A DNA stretch of 64,000 nt, from assembly GCA_965235115.1 (NCBI GenBank), contig OZ249436.1:12898001-12962000 (forward strand), written 5' to 3'. This DNA comes from Laetmonice hystrix. Lineage: Eukaryota. How positions within the stretch are numbered: position 1 is the stretch's first letter; every line of letters starts with the position of its first letter. Shown here piece by piece: positions 24,501 through 39,687 of the stretch. The notes below the pieces were generated by a model. That model did no database searches. It saw only the letters and a program-made list of their open reading frames with translations, and was not told where the DNA came from. A program made the position numbers and the translations under genes.

Positions 24501-26104
24501 GCGGTACTAAAGGGTCCGACTGCACTGCCACCTTCCGACTACCGATGTAATCACCACCTTAGACCTGGCCGGGCTGGCAGGCACGTATGGCGCTTAGGGG
24601 AAAGACAGGTTTATGCAATGATAAGCGAAAAATGGCTTCATTTTTGATACGTCAAATTGAAATTTGCCCCCAAAATTATGATTGTTAGGCCAGATGTATA
24701 ACTGTCAACCGTATAGGTCTCGTACGTTCGCTTTAGATAAATGGTTGTGATATGTCTACTTCCCATTTGAGTATCTTCTCCAAATTTTAACATTAGATGC
24801 CCCTCGCCTATACCTTTCATTTCCACTACCTCACTGAACTGTTTGCATGGGTAGTAGGCCAGCCTATCAGATGTAGGGACTTCTCAGTATACTGTTTGGC
24901 CTCTCATAGTGCTTGTCCTCACAGTATACGGTTTGGCCTCACTGTACTGTTCGGCCTCACTGTAGTGTTTCCTTGGGTACTAGGCAAGGCAGTACCTTGT
25001 AGGGATTCGTCACTGTACTGTTTGGCCTCCCTGTACTCTTGGGCCTCACTGTACTGTTTGCTTCTATACAACTGTCGCCAGTAATATAGGGACGCCTCAT
25101 GTTGCATGTTTCCATGCCTTTATTGTCCAAGAGGCAGGCCATCCGTTTCGTCCATCATTTACTCCCATGTAATCTGTGTCCCCTACTGACCACCTGTAAG
25201 CGTCCGACAACGTTGTATGGTAGACCCAGTGGATGTTTGCCGTAAAGACTTAATTAACAAAGGCAAATGACGTTGTTCGCCTTTCTATATCAGATATCCC
25301 ATCCCAAGTAGAAACAGATGGCAGAGATGTTGCAAGCAAACACCATGGTGCGGTACTGAAGGGTCCGACTGCACTGCCACCTTCCGGCTACCGATGTAAT
25401 CACCACCTTAGACCTGGCTGGGCTGGCAGGCACGTATGGCGCTTAGGGGAGAGACAGGTTTATGCAATGATAAGCGAAAAATGGCTTCATTTTTTATACG
25501 TCAAATTGAAATTACGGCCCAAAATTATGATTGTTAGGCCAGATGTATAACTGTCAACCGTATAGATCTCGTACGTTCGCTATATGATATGTCTACTTCC
25601 CATTTGAGTATCTTCTCCAAATTTTAGCATTAGATACCCTCGCCTATACCTTTCTTTTCCACTACCTCACTGAACTGTTTGCATGGGTAGTAGGCCAGCC
25701 TATCAGATGTAGGAACCTCTCAGTGTACTGTTTGGCCTCTCATAGTGCTTGTCCTCACAGCATACGGTTTGGCCTCACTGTACTGTTCGGCCTCACTGTA
25801 GTGTCTGCTGGGGTATTAGGCAAGGCAGTACCTTGTAGGGATTCGTCACTGTACTGTTTGGCCTCCCTGTACCCTTGAGCCTCACTGTACTGTTTGCTTC
25901 TACAACTGTCGCCAGTAATATAGGGACGCCTCAGTCATGTTTCATGTTTCCATGCCTTTATTGTCCAAGAGGCAGGCCATCCGTTTCATCCATCATTTAC
26001 TCCCATGTAATCTGTGTCCCCTACTGACCACCTGTTAGCGTCCGACAACGTTGTATGGTAGACCCAGTGGATGTTTGCCGTAAAGACTTAATTAACAATG
26101 ACAA
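12503..26104. repeat. Four ABCD 4-mer higher-order repeats (~3.40 kb each)
   Basis: A-type monomers start at 12503, 15899, 19300, 22703 and 26105 (spacings 3396, 3401, 3403, 3402). Confidence 0.9.
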
Positions 26105-29100
26105 ATGACGTTGTTCCCCTTTCTATATCAGATATCCCATCCCCAAGTAGAAACGAATGACAGAGATGTTGCAAGCAAACACCAGGGTGCGGTACTGAAG
26201 GGTCCGACTGCACTGCCACCTTCCGGCTACCGATGTAATCACCACCTTAGACCTGGCCGGGCTGGCAGGCACGTATGGCGCCTAGGGGAGAGACAGGTTT
26301 ATGCAATGATAAGCGAAAAATGGCTTCATTTTTGATACGTCAAATTGAAATTACGCCCCCAAAATTATGATTGTTAGGCCAGATGTATAACTGTCACTGT
26401 TATAGGTCTCGTACGTTCGCTATAGATAAATGGTTGTGATATGTCTACTTCCCATTTGAGTATCTTCTCCAAATTTTAACATTAGATGCCCCTCGGCTAT
26501 ACCTTTCATTTCCACTACCTCACTGAACTGTTTGCATCGGTAGTAGGCCAGCCGATAGGATGTAGGGACGTCCCAGTGTACTGTTTGGCCTCTCATAGTG
26601 CTTGTCCTCACAGTATACGGTTTGGCCTCACTGTACTGTTCGGCCTCACTGTAGTGTTTGCTTGGGTATTAGGCAAGGTAGTACCACCTTGTAGGGATTC
26701 GTCACTGTACTGTTTGGCCTCCCTGTACTCTTGGGCCTCACTGTACTGTTTGCTTCTACAACTGTCGCCAGTAATATAGGGACGCCTCATGTTTCATGTT
26801 TCCATGCCTTTATTGTCCAAGAGGCAGGCCATCCGTTTCGTCCATCATTTAGGCCTACTCCCATGTAATGTGTGTCCCCTACTGACCACCTGTAAGCGTC
26901 CGACAACGTTGTATGGTAGACCCAGTGGATGTTTGCCGTAAAGACCTAATTAACAAAGGCAAATGACGTTGTTCGCCTTTCTATATCAGATATCCCATCC
27001 CAAGTAGAAACGGATGACAGAGATGTTGCAAGCAAACACCAGGGTGCGGTACTAAAGGGTCCGACTGCACTGCCACCTTCCGACTACCGATGTAATCACC
27101 ACCTTAGACCTGGCCGGGCTGGCAGGCACGTATGGCGCTTAGGGGAAAGACAGGTTTATGCAATGATAAGCGAAAAATGGCTTCATTTTTGATACGTCAA
27201 ATTGAAATTTGCCCCCAAAATTATGATTGTTAGGCCAGATGTATAACTGTCAACCGTATAGGTCTCGTACGTTCGCTTTAGATAAATGGTTGTGATATGT
27301 CTACTTCCCATTTGAGTATCTTCTCCAAATTTTAACATTAGATGCCCCTCGCCTATACCTTTCATTTCCACTACCTCACTGAACTGTTTGCATGGGTAGT
27401 AGGCCAGCCTATCAGATGTAGGGACTTCTCAGTATACTGTTTGGCCTCTCATAGTGCTTGTCCTCACAGTATACGGTTTGGCCTCACTGTACTGTTCGGC
27501 CTCACTGTAGTGTTTCCTTGGGTACTAGGCAAGGCAGTACCTTGTAGGGATTCGTCACTGTACTGTTTGGCCTCCCTGTACTCTTGGGCCTCACTGTACT
27601 GTTTGCTTCTATACAACTGTCGCCAGTAATATAGGGACGCCTCATGTTGCATGTTTCCATGCCTTTATTGTCCAAGAGGCAGGCCATCCGTTTCGTCCAT
27701 CATTTACTCCCATGTAATCTGTGTCCCCTACTGACCACCTGTAAGCGTCCGACAACGTTGTATGGTAGACCCAGTGGATGTTTGCCGTAAAGACTTAATT
27801 AACAAAGGCAAATGACGTTGTTCGCCTTTCTATATCAGATATCCCATCCCAAGTAGAAACAGATGGCAGAGATGTTGCAAGCAAACACCATGGTGCGGTA
27901 CTGAAGGGTCCGACTGCACTGCCACCTTCCGGCTACCGATGTAATCACCACCTTAGACCTGGCTGGGCTGGCAGGCACGTATGGCGCTTAGGGGAGAGAC
28001 AGGTTTATGCAATGATAAGCGAAAAATGGCTTCATTTTTGATACGTCAAATTGAAATTACGGCCCAAAATTATGATTGTTAGGCCAGATGTATAACTGTC
28101 AACCGTATAGATCTCGTACGTTCGCTATATGATATGTCTACTTCCCATTTGAGTATCTTCTCCAAATTTTAGCATTAGATACCCTCGCCTATACCTTTCT
28201 TTTCCACTACCTCACTGAACTGTTTGCATGGGTAGTAGGCCAGCCTATCAGATGTAGGAACCTCTCAGTGTACTGTTTGGCCTCTCATAGTGCTTGTCCT
28301 CACAGCATACGGTTTGGCCTCACTGTACTGTTCGGCCTCACTGTAGTGTCTGCTGGGGTATTAGGCAAGGCAGTACCTTGTAGGGATTCGTCACTGTACT
28401 GTTTGGCCTCCCTGTACCCTTGAGCCTCACTGTACTGTTTGCTTCTACAACTGTCGCCAGTAATATAGGGACGCCTCAGTCATGTTTCATGTTTCCATGC
28501 TTTTATTGTCCAAGAGGCAGGCCATCCGTTTCATCCATCATTTACTCCCATGTAATCTGTGTCCCCTACTGACCACCTGTAAGCGTCCGACAACGTTGTA
28601 TGGTAGACCCAGTGGATGTTTGCCGTAAAGACTTAATTAACAATGACAAATGACGTTGTTCCCCTTTCTATATCAGATATCCCATCCCCAAGTAGAAACG
28701 AATGACAGAGATGTTGCAAGCAAACACCAGGGTGCGGTACTGAAGGGTCCGACTGCACTGCCACCTTCCGGCTACCGATGTAATCACCACCTTAGACCTG
28801 GCCGGGCTGGCAGGCACGTATGGCGCCTAGGGGAGAGACAGGTTTATGCAATGATAAGCGAAAAATGGCTTCATTTTTGATACGTCAAATTGAAATTACG
28901 CCCCCAAAATTATGATTGTTAGGCCAGATGTATAACTGTCACTGTTATAGGTCTCGTACGTTCGCTATAGATAAATGGTTGTGATATGTCTACTTCCCAT
29001 TTGAGTATCTTCTCCAAATTTTAACATTAGATGCCCCTCGGCTATACCTTTCATTTCCACTACCTCACTGAACTGTTTGCATCGGTAGTAGGCCAGCCGA

Positions 29101-32100
29101 TAGGATGTAGGGACGTCCCAGTGTACTGTTTGGCCTCTCATAGTGCTTGTCCTCACAGTATACGGTTTGGCCTCACTGTACTGTTCGGCCTCACTGTAGT
29201 GTTTGCTTGGGTATTAGGCAAGGTAGTACCACCTTGTAGGGATTCGTCACTGTACTGTTTGGCCTCCCTGTACTCTTGGGCCTCACTGTACTGTTTGCTT
29301 CTACAACTGTCGCCAGTAATATAGGGACGCCTCATATTTCATGTTTCCATGCCTTTATTGTCCAAGAGGCAGGCCATCCGTTTCGTCCATCATTTAGGCC
29401 TACTCCCATGTAATGTGTGTCCCCTACTGACCACCTGTAAGCGTCCGACAACGTTGTATGGTAGACCCAGTGGATGTTTGCCGTAAAGACCTAATTAACA
29501 AAGGCAAATGACGTTGTTCGCCTTTCTATATCAGATATCCCATCCCAAGTAGAAACGGATGACAGAGATGTTGCAAGCAAACGCCAGGGTGCGGTACTAA
29601 AGGGTCCGACTGCACTGCCACCTTCCGACTACCGATGTAATCACCACCTTAGACCTGGCCGGGCTGGCAGGCACGTATGGCGCCTTGGGGAGAGACAGGT
29701 TTATGCAATGATAAGCGAAAAATGGCTTCATTTTTGATACGTCAAATTGAAATTTGCCCCCAAAATTATGATTGTTAGGCCAGATGTATAACTGTCAACC
29801 GTATAGGTCGCGTACGTTCGCTTTAGATAAATGGTTGTGATATGTCTACTTCCCATTTGAGTATCTTCTCCAAATTTTAGCATTAGATACCCTCGCCTAT
29901 ACCTTTCTTTTCCACTACCTCACTGAACTGTTTGCATGGGTAGTAGGCCAGCCTATCAGATGTAGGGACTTCTCAGTGTACTGTTTGGCCTCTCATAGTG
30001 CTTGTCCTCACAGTATACGGTTTGGCCTCACTGTACTGTTCGGCCTCACTGTAGTGTTTGCTTGGGTACTAGGCAATGCAGTACCTTGTAGGGATTCGTC
30101 ACTGTACTGTTTGGCCTCCCTGTACTCTTGGGCCTCACTGTACTGTTTGCTTCTATACAACTGTCGCCAGTAATATAGGGACGCCTCATGTTGCATGTTT
30201 CCATGCCTTTATTGTCCAAGAGGCAGGCCATCCGTTTCGTCCATCATTTACTCCCATGTAATCTGTGTCCCCTACTGACCACCTGTAAGCGTCCGACAAC
30301 GTTGTATGGTAGACCCAGTGGATGTTTGCCGTAAAGACTTAATTAACAAAGGCAAATGACGTTGTTCGCCTTTCTATATCAGATATCCCATCCCAAGTAG
30401 AAACAGATGGCAGAGATGTTGCAAGCAAACACCATGGTGCGGTACTGAAGGGTCCGACTGCACTGCCACCTTCCGGCTACCGATGTAATCACCACCTTAG
30501 ACCTGGCTGGGCTGGCAGGCACGTATGGCGCTTAGGGGAGAGACAGGTTTATGCAATGATAAGCGAAAAATGGCTTCATTTTTGATACGTCAAATTGAAA
30601 TTACGGCCCAAAATTATGATTGTTAGGCCAGATGTATAACTGTCAACCGTATAGATCTCGTACGTTCGCTATATGATATGTCTACTTCCCATTTGAGTAT
30701 CTTCTCCAAATTTTAGCATTAGATACCCTCGCCTATACCTTTCTTTTCCACTACCTCACTGAACTGTTTGCATGGGTAGTAGGCCAGCCTATCAGATGTA
30801 GGAACCTCTCAGTGTACTGTTTGGCCTCTCATAGTGCTTGTCCTCACAGCATACGGTTTGGCCTCACTGTACTGTTCGGCCTCACTGTAGTGTCTGCTGG
30901 GGTATTAGGCAAGGCAGTACCTTGTAGGGATTCGTCACTGTACTGTTTGGCCTCCCTGTACCCTTAAGCCTCACTGTACTGTTTGCTTCTACAACTGTCG
31001 CCAGTAATATAGGGACGCCTCAGTCATGTTTCATGTTTCCATGCCTTTATTGTCCAAGAGGCAGGCCATCCGTTTCGTCCATCATTTACTCCCATGTAAT
31101 CTGTGTCCCCTACTGACCACCTGTAAGCGTCCGACAACGTTGTATGATAGACCCAGTGGATGTTTGCCGTAAAGACTTAATTAACAATGACAAATGACGT
31201 TGTTCCCCTTTCTATATCAGATATCCCATCCCCAAGTAGAAACGAATGACAGAGATGTTGCAAGCAAACACCAGGGTGCGGTACTGAAGGGTCCGACTGC
31301 ACTGCCACCTTCCGGCTACCGATGTAATCACCACCTTAGACCTGGCCGGGCTGGCAGGCACGTATGGCGCCTAGGGGAGAGACAGGTTTATGCAATGATA
31401 AGCGAAAAATGGCTTCATTTTTGATACGTCAAATTGAAATTACGCCCCCAAAATTATGATTGTTAGGCCAGATGTATAACTGTCACTGTTATAGGTCTCG
31501 TACGTTCGCTATAGATAAATGGTTGTGATATGTCTACTTCCCATTTGAGTATCTTCTCCAAATTTTAACATTAGATGCCCCTCGGCTATACCTTTCATTT
31601 CCACTACCTCACTGAACTGTTTGCATCGGTAGTAGGCCAGCCGATAGGATGTAGGGACGTCCCAGTGTACTGTTTGGCCTCTCATAGTGCTTGTCCTCAC
31701 AGTATACGGTTTGGCCTCACTGTACTGTTCGGCCTCACTGTAGTGTTTGCTTGGGTATTAGGCAAGGTAGTACCACCTTGTAGGGATTCGTCACTGTACT
31801 GTTTGGCCTCCCTGTACTCTTGGGCCTCACTGTACTGTTTGCTTCTACAACTGTCGCCAGTAATATAGGGACGCCTCATATTTCATGTTTCCATGCCTTT
31901 ATTGTCCAAGAGGCAGGCCATCCGTTTCGTCCATCATTTAGGCCTACTCCCATGTAATGTGTGTCCCCTACTGACCACCTGTAAGCGTCCGACAACGTTG
32001 TATGGTAGACCCAGTGGATGTTTGCCGTAAAGACCTAATTAACAAAGGCAAATGACGTTGTTCGCCTTTCTATATCAGATATCCCATCCCAAGTAGAAAC

Positions 32101-33737
32101 GGATGACAGAGATGTTGCAAGCAAACGCCAGGGTGCGGTACTAAAGGGTCCGACTGCACTGCCACCTTCCGACTACCGATGTAATCACCACCTTAGACCT
32201 GGCCGGGCTGGCAGGCACGTATGGCGCCTTGGGGAGAGACAGGTTTATGCAATGATAAGCGAAAAATGGCTTCATTTTTGATACGTCAAATTGAAATTTG
32301 CCCCCAAAATTATGATTGTTAGGCCAGATGTATAACTGTCAACCGTATAGGTCGCGTACGTTCGCTTTAGATAAATGGTTGTGATATGTCTACTTCCCAT
32401 TTGAGTATCTTCTCCAAATTTTAGCATTAGATACCCTCGCCTATACCTTTCTTTTCCACTACCTCACTGAACTGTTTGCATGGGTAGTAGGCCAGCCTAT
32501 CAGATGTAGGGACTTCTCAGTGTACTGTTTGGCCTCTCATAGTGCTTGTCCTCACAGTATACGGTTTGGCCTCACTGTACTGTTCGGCCTCACTGTAGTG
32601 TTTGCTTGGGTACTAGGCAATGCAGTACCTTGTAGGGATTCGTCACTGTACTGTTTGGCCTCCCTGTACTCTTGGGCCTCACTGTACTGTTTGCTTCTAT
32701 ACAACTGTCGCCAGTAATATAGGGACGCCTCATGTTGCATGTTTCCATGCCTTTATTGTCCAAGAGGCAGGCCATCCGTTTCGTCCATCATTTACTCCCA
32801 TGTAATCTGTGTCCCCTACTGACCACCTGTAAGCGTCCGACAACGTTGTATGGTAGACCCAGTGGATGTTTGCCGTAAAGACTTAATTAACAAAGGCAAA
32901 TGACGTTGTTCGCCTTTCTATATCAGATATCCCATCCCAAGTAGAAACAGATGGCAGAGATGTTGCAAGCAAACACCATGGTGCGGTACTGAAGGGTCCG
33001 ACTGCACTGCCACCTTCCGGCTACCGATGTAATCACCACCTTAGACCTGGCTGGGCTGGCAGGCACGTATGGCGCTTAGGGGAGAGACAGGTTTATGCAA
33101 TGATAAGCGAAAAATGGCTTCATTTTTGATACGTCAAATTGAAATTACGGCCCAAAATTATGATTGTTAGGCCAGATGTATAACTGTCAACCGTATAGAT
33201 CTCGTACGTTCGCTATATGATATGTCTACTTCCCATTTGAGTATCTTCTCCAAATTTTAGCATTAGATACCCTCGCCTATACCTTTCTTTTCCACTACCT
33301 CACTGAACTGTTTGCATGGGTAGTAGGCCAGCCTATCAGATGTAGGAACCTCTCAGTGTACTGTTTGGCCTCTCATAGTGCTTGTCCTCACAGCATACGG
33401 TTTGGCCTCACTGTACTGTTCGGCCTCACTGTAGTGTCTGCTGGGGTATTAGGCAAGGCAGTACCTTGTAGGGATTCGTCACTGTACTGTTTGGCCTCCC
33501 TGTACCCTTAAGCCTCACTGTACTGTTTGCTTCTACAACTGTCGCCAGTAATATAGGGACGCCTCAGTCATGTTTCATGTTTCCATGCCTTTATTGTCCA
33601 AGAGGCAGGCCATCCGTTTCGTCCATCATTTACTCCCATGTAATCTGTGTCCCCTACTGACCACCTGTAAGCGTCCGACAACGTTGTATGATAGACCCAG
33701 TGGATGTTTGCCGTAAAGACTTAATTAACAATGACAA
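26105..33737. repeat. Three 3-mer higher-order repeats lacking a full B monomer (~2.54 kb each)
   Basis: A starts at 26105, 28650, 31194 and 33738 (spacings 2545, 2544, 2544). Confidence 0.9.
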
Positions 33738-36700
33738 ATGACGTTGTTCCCCTTTCTATATCAGATATCCCATCCCCAAGTAGAAACGAATGACAGAGAT
33801 GTTGCAAGCAAACACCAGGGTGCGGTACTGAAGGGTCCGACTGCACTGCCACCTTCCGGCTACCGATGTAATCACCACCTTAGACCTGGCCGGGCTGGCA
33901 GGCACGTATGGCGCCTTGGGGAGAGACAGGTTTATGCAATGATAAGCGAAAAATGGCTTCATTTTTGATACGTCAAATTGAAATTACGCCCCCAAAATTA
34001 TGATTGTTAGGCCATATGTATAACTGTCACTCTTATAGGTCTCGTACGTTCGCTATAGATAAATGGTTGTGATATGTCTACTTCCCATTTGAGTATCTTC
34101 TCCAAATTTTAACATTAGATGCCCCTCGCCTATACCTTTCATTTCCACTACCTCACTGAACTGTTTGCATCGGTAGTAGGCCAGCCGATAGGATGAAGGG
34201 ACGTCCCAGTGTACTGTTTGGCCTCTCATAGTGCTTGTCCTCACAGTATACGGTTTGGCCTCACTGTACTGTTCGGCCTCACTGTACTGTTTGCTTGGGT
34301 ATTAGGCAAGGTAGTACCACCTTGTAGGGATTCGTCACTGTACTGTTTGGCCTCCCTGTACTCTTTGGCCTCACTGTACTGTTTGCTTCTATACAACTGT
34401 CGCCAGTAATATATGGACGCCTCATGTTTCATGTTTCCATGCCTTTATTGTCCAAGAGGCAGGCCATCCGTTTCGTCCATCATTTAGGCCTACTCCCATG
34501 TAATGTGTGTCCCCTACTGACCACCTGTAAGCGTCCGACAACGTTGTATGGTAGACCCAGTGGATGTTTGCCGTAAAGACCTAATTATCAAAGGCAAATG
34601 ACGTTGTTCCCCTTTCTATATCAGATATCCCATCCCAAGTAGAAACAGATGGCAGAGATGTTGCAGGCAAACACCAGGGTGCGGTACTGAAGGGTCCGAC
34701 TGCACTGCCACCTTCCGGCTAACGATGTAATCACCACCTTAGACCTGGCCGGGCTGGCAGGCACGTATGGCGCTTAAGGGAGAGACAGGTTTATGCAATG
34801 ATAAGCGAAAAATGGCTTTATTTTTGATACGTCAAATTGAAATTACCCCCTGCAAAATTATGATTGTTAGGCCAGATGTATAACTGTCACCCGTATAGGT
34901 CTCGTACGTTCGCTAGAGATAAATGGTTGTGATATGTCTACTTCCCATTTGAGTATCTTCTCCAAATTTTAACATTAGATGCGCCTCGCCTATACCTTTC
35001 ATTTCTACTACCTCACTGAATTGTTTGCATGGGTAGTAGGCCAGCCGATCAGATGTAGGGACTTCTCAGTGTACTGTTTGGCCTCTCATAGTGCTTGTCC
35101 TCACAGTATACGGTTTGGCCTCACTGTACTGTTCGGCCTCACTGTAGTGTTTGCTTGGGTATTAGGCAAGGCAGTACCTTGTAGGGATTCGTCACTGTAC
35201 TGTTTGGCCTCCCTGTACTCTTTGGCCTCACTGTACTGTTTGCTTCTACAACTGTCGCCAGTAATATAGGGACGCCTCATGTTTCATGTTTCCATGCCTT
35301 TATTGTCCAAGAGGCAGGCCATCCGTTTCGTCCATCATTTAGGCCTACTCCCATGTAATGTGTGTCCCCTACTGACCACCTGTAAGCGTCCGACAACGTT
35401 GTATGGTAGACCCAGTGGATGTTTGCCGTAAAGACCTAATTAACAAAGGCAAATGACGTTGTTCGCCTTTCTATATCAGATATCCCATCCAAGTAGAAAC
35501 GGATGACAGAGATGTTGCAAGCAAACACCAGGGTGCGGTACTAAAGGGTCCGACTGCACTGCCACCTTCCGACTACCGATGTAATCACCACCTTAGACCT
35601 GGCCGGGCTGGCAGGCACGTATGGCGCTTAGGGGAAAGACAGGTTTATGCAATGATAAGCGAAAAATGGCTTCATTTTTGATACGTCAAATTGAAATTTG
35701 CCCCCAAAATTATGATTGTTAGGCCAGATGTATAACTGTCAACCGTATAGGTCTCGTACGTTCGCTTTAGATAAATGGTTGTGATATGTCTACTTCCCAT
35801 TTGAGTATCTTCTCCAAATTTTAACATTAGATGCCCCTCGCCTATACCTTTCATTTCCACTACCTCACTGAACTGTTTGCATGGGTAGTAGGCCAGCCTA
35901 TCAGATGTAGGGACTTCTCAGTATACTGTTTGGCCTCTCATAGTGCTTGTCCTCACAGTATACGGTTTGGCCTCACTGTACTGTTCGGCCTCACTGTAGT
36001 GTTTGCTTGGGTACTAGGCAATGCAGTACCTTGTAGGGATTCGTCACTGTACTGTTTGGCCTCCCTGTACTCTTGGGCCTCACTGTACTGTTTGCTTCTA
36101 TACAACTGTCGCCAGTAATATAGGGACGCCTCATGTTGCATGTTTCCATGCCTTTATTGTCCAAGAGGCAGGCCATCCGTTTCGTCCATCATTTACTCCC
36201 ATGTAATCTGTGTCCCCTACTGACCACCTGTAAGCGTCCGACAACGTTGTATGGTAGACCCAGTGGATGTTTGCCGTAAAGACTTAATTAACAAAGGCAA
36301 ATGACGTTGTTCGCCTTTCTATATCAGATATCCCATCCCAAGTAGAAACAGATGGCAGAGATGTTGCAAGCAAACACCATGGTGCGGTACTGAAGGGTCC
36401 GACTGCACTGCCACCTTCCGGCTACCGATGTAATCACCACCTTAGACCTGGCTGGGCTGGCAGGCACGTATGGCGCTTAGGGGAGAGACAGGGTTATGCA
36501 ATGATAAGCGAAAAATGGCTTCATTTTTGATACGTCAAATTGAAATTACGGCCCAAAATTATGATTGTTAGGCCAGATGTATAACTGTCAACCGTATAGA
36601 TCTCGTACGTTCGCTATATGATATGTCTACTTCCCATTTGAGTATCTTCTCCAAACTTTAGCATTAGATACCCTCGCCTATACCTTTCTTTTCCACTACC

Positions 36701-39687
36701 TCACTGAACTGTTTGCATGGGTAGTAGGCCAGCCTATCAGATGTAGGAACCTCTCAGTGTACTGTTTGGCCTCTCATAGTGCTTGTCCTCACAGCATACG
36801 GTTTGGCCTCACTGTACTGTTCGGCCTCACTGTAGTGTCTGCTGGGGTATTAGGCAAGGCAGTACCTTGTAGGGATTCGTCACTGTACTGTTTGGCCTCC
36901 CTGTACCCTTGAGCCTCACTGTACTGTTTGCTTCTACAACTGTCGCCAGTAATATAGGGACGCCTCAGTCATGTTTCATGTTTCCATGCCTTTATTGTCC
37001 AAGAGGCAGGCCATCCGTTTCATCCATCATTTACTCCCATGTAATCTGTGTCCCTACTGACCACCTGTAAGCGTCCGACAACGTTGTATGGTAGACCCAG
37101 TGGATGTTTGCCGTAAAGACTTAATTAACAATGACAAATGACGTTGTTCCCCTTTCTAAATCAGATATCCCATCCCCAAGTAGAAACGAATGACAGAGAT
37201 GTTGCAAGCAAACACCAGGGTGCGGTACTGAAGGGTCCGACTGCACTGCCACCTTCCGGCTACCGATGTAATCACCACCTTAGACCTGGCCGGGCGTGCA
37301 GGCACGTATGGCGCCTAGGGGAGAGACAGGTTTATGCAATGATAAGCGAAAAATGGCTTCATTTTTGATACGTCAAATTGAAATTACGCCCCCAAAATTA
37401 TGATTGTTAGGCCAGATGTATAACTGTCACTCTTATAGGTCTCGTACGTTCGCTATAGATAAATGGTTGTGATATGTCTACTTCCAATTTGAGTATCTTC
37501 TCCAAATTTTAACATTAGATGCCCCTCGCCTATACCTTTCACTTCCACTACCTCACTGAACTGTTTGCATCGGTAGTAGGCCAGCCGATAGGATGTAGGG
37601 ACGTCCCAGTGTACTGTTTGGCCTCTCATAGTGCTTGTCCTCACAGTATACGGTTTGGCCTCACTGTACTGTTCGGCCTCACTGTAGTGTTTGCTTGGGT
37701 ATTAGGCAAGGTAGTACCACCTTGTAGGGATTCGTCACTGTACTGTTTGGCCTCCCTGTACTCTTTGGCCTCACTGTACTGTTTGCTTCTATACAACTGT
37801 CGCCAGTAATATATGGACGCCTCATGTTTCATGTTTCCATGCCTTTATTGTCCAAGAGGCAGGCCATCCGTTTCGTCCATCATTTAGGCCTACTCCCATG
37901 TAATGTGTGTCCCCTACTGACCACCTGTAAGCGTCCGACAACGTTGTATGGTAGACCCAGTGGATGTTTGCCGTAAAGACCTAATTATCAAAGGCAAATG
38001 ACGTTGTTCCCCTTTCTATATCAGATATCCCATCCCAAGTAGAAACAGATGGCAGAGATGTTGCAGGCAAACACCAGGGTGCGGTACTGAAGGGTCCGAC
38101 TGCACTGCCACCTTCCGGCTAACGATGTAATCACCACCTTAGACCTGGCCGGGCTGGCAGGCACGTATGGCGCTTAAGGGAGAGACAGGTTTATGCAATG
38201 ATAAGCGAAAAATGGCTTTATTTTTGATACGTCAAATTGAAATTACCCCCTGCAAAAATTATGATTGTTAGGCCAGATGTATAACTGTCACCCGTATAGG
38301 TCTCGTACGTTCGCTAGAGATAAATGGTTGTGATATGTCTACTTCCCATTTGAGTATCTTCTCCAAATTTTAACATTAGATGCGCCTCGCCTATACCTTT
38401 CATTTCTACTACCTCACTGAATTGTTTGCATGGGTAGTAGGCCAGCCGATCAGATGTAGGGACTTCTCAGTGTACTGTTTGGCCTCTCATAGTGCTTGTC
38501 CTCACAGTATACGGTTTGGCCTCACTGTACTGTTCGGCCTCACTGTAGTGTTTGCTTGGGTACTAGGCAATGCAGTACCTTGTAGGGATTCGTCACTGTA
38601 CTGTTTGGCCTCCCTGTACTCTTGGGCCTCACTGTACTGTTTGCTTCTATACAACTGTCGCCAGTAATATAGGGACGCCTCATGTTGCATGTTTCCATGC
38701 CTTTATTGTCCAAGAGGCAGGCCATCCGTTTCGTCCATCATTTACTCCCATGTAATCTGTGTCCCCTACTGACCACCTGTAAGCGTCCGACAACGTTGTA
38801 TGGTAGACCCAGTGGATGTTTGCCGTAAAGACTTAATTAACAAAGGCAAATGACGTTGTTCGCCTTTCTATATCAGATATCCCATCCCAAGTAGAAACAG
38901 ATGGCAGAGATGTTGCAAGCAAACACCATGGTGCGGTACTGAAGGGTCCGACTGCACTGCCACCTTCCGGCTACCGATGTAATCACCACCTTAGACCTGG
39001 CTGGGCTGGCAGGCACGTATGGCGCTTAGGGGAGAGACAGGTTTATGCAATGATAAGCGAAAAATGGCTTCATTTTTGATACGTCAAATTGAAATTACGG
39101 CCCAAAATTATGATTGTTAGGCCAGATGTATAACTGTCAACCGTATAGATCTCGTACGTTCGCTATATGATATGTCTACTTCCCATTTGAGTATCTTCTC
39201 CAAATTTTAGCATTAGATACCCTCGCCTATACCTTTCTTTTCCACTACCTCACTGAACTGTTTGCATGGGTAGTAGGCCAGCCTATCAGATGTAGGAACC
39301 TCTCAGTGTACTGTTTGGCCTCTCATAGTGCTTGTCCTCACAGCATACGGTTTGGCCTCACTGTACTGTTCGGCCTCACTGTAGTGTCTGCTGGGGTATT
39401 AGGCAAGGCAGTACCTTGTAGGGATTCGTCACTGTACTGTTTGGCCTCCCTGTACCCTTAAGCCTCACTGTACTGTTTGCTTCTACAACTGTCGCCAGTA
39501 ATATAGGGACGCCTCAGTCATGTTTCATGTTTCCATGCCTTTATTGTCCAAGAGGCAGGCCATCCGTTTCGTCCATCATTTACTCCCATGTAATCTGTGT
39601 CCCCTACTGACCACCTGTAAGCGTCCGACAACGTTGTATGATAGACCCAGTGGATGTTTGCCGTAAAGACTTAATTAACAATGACAA

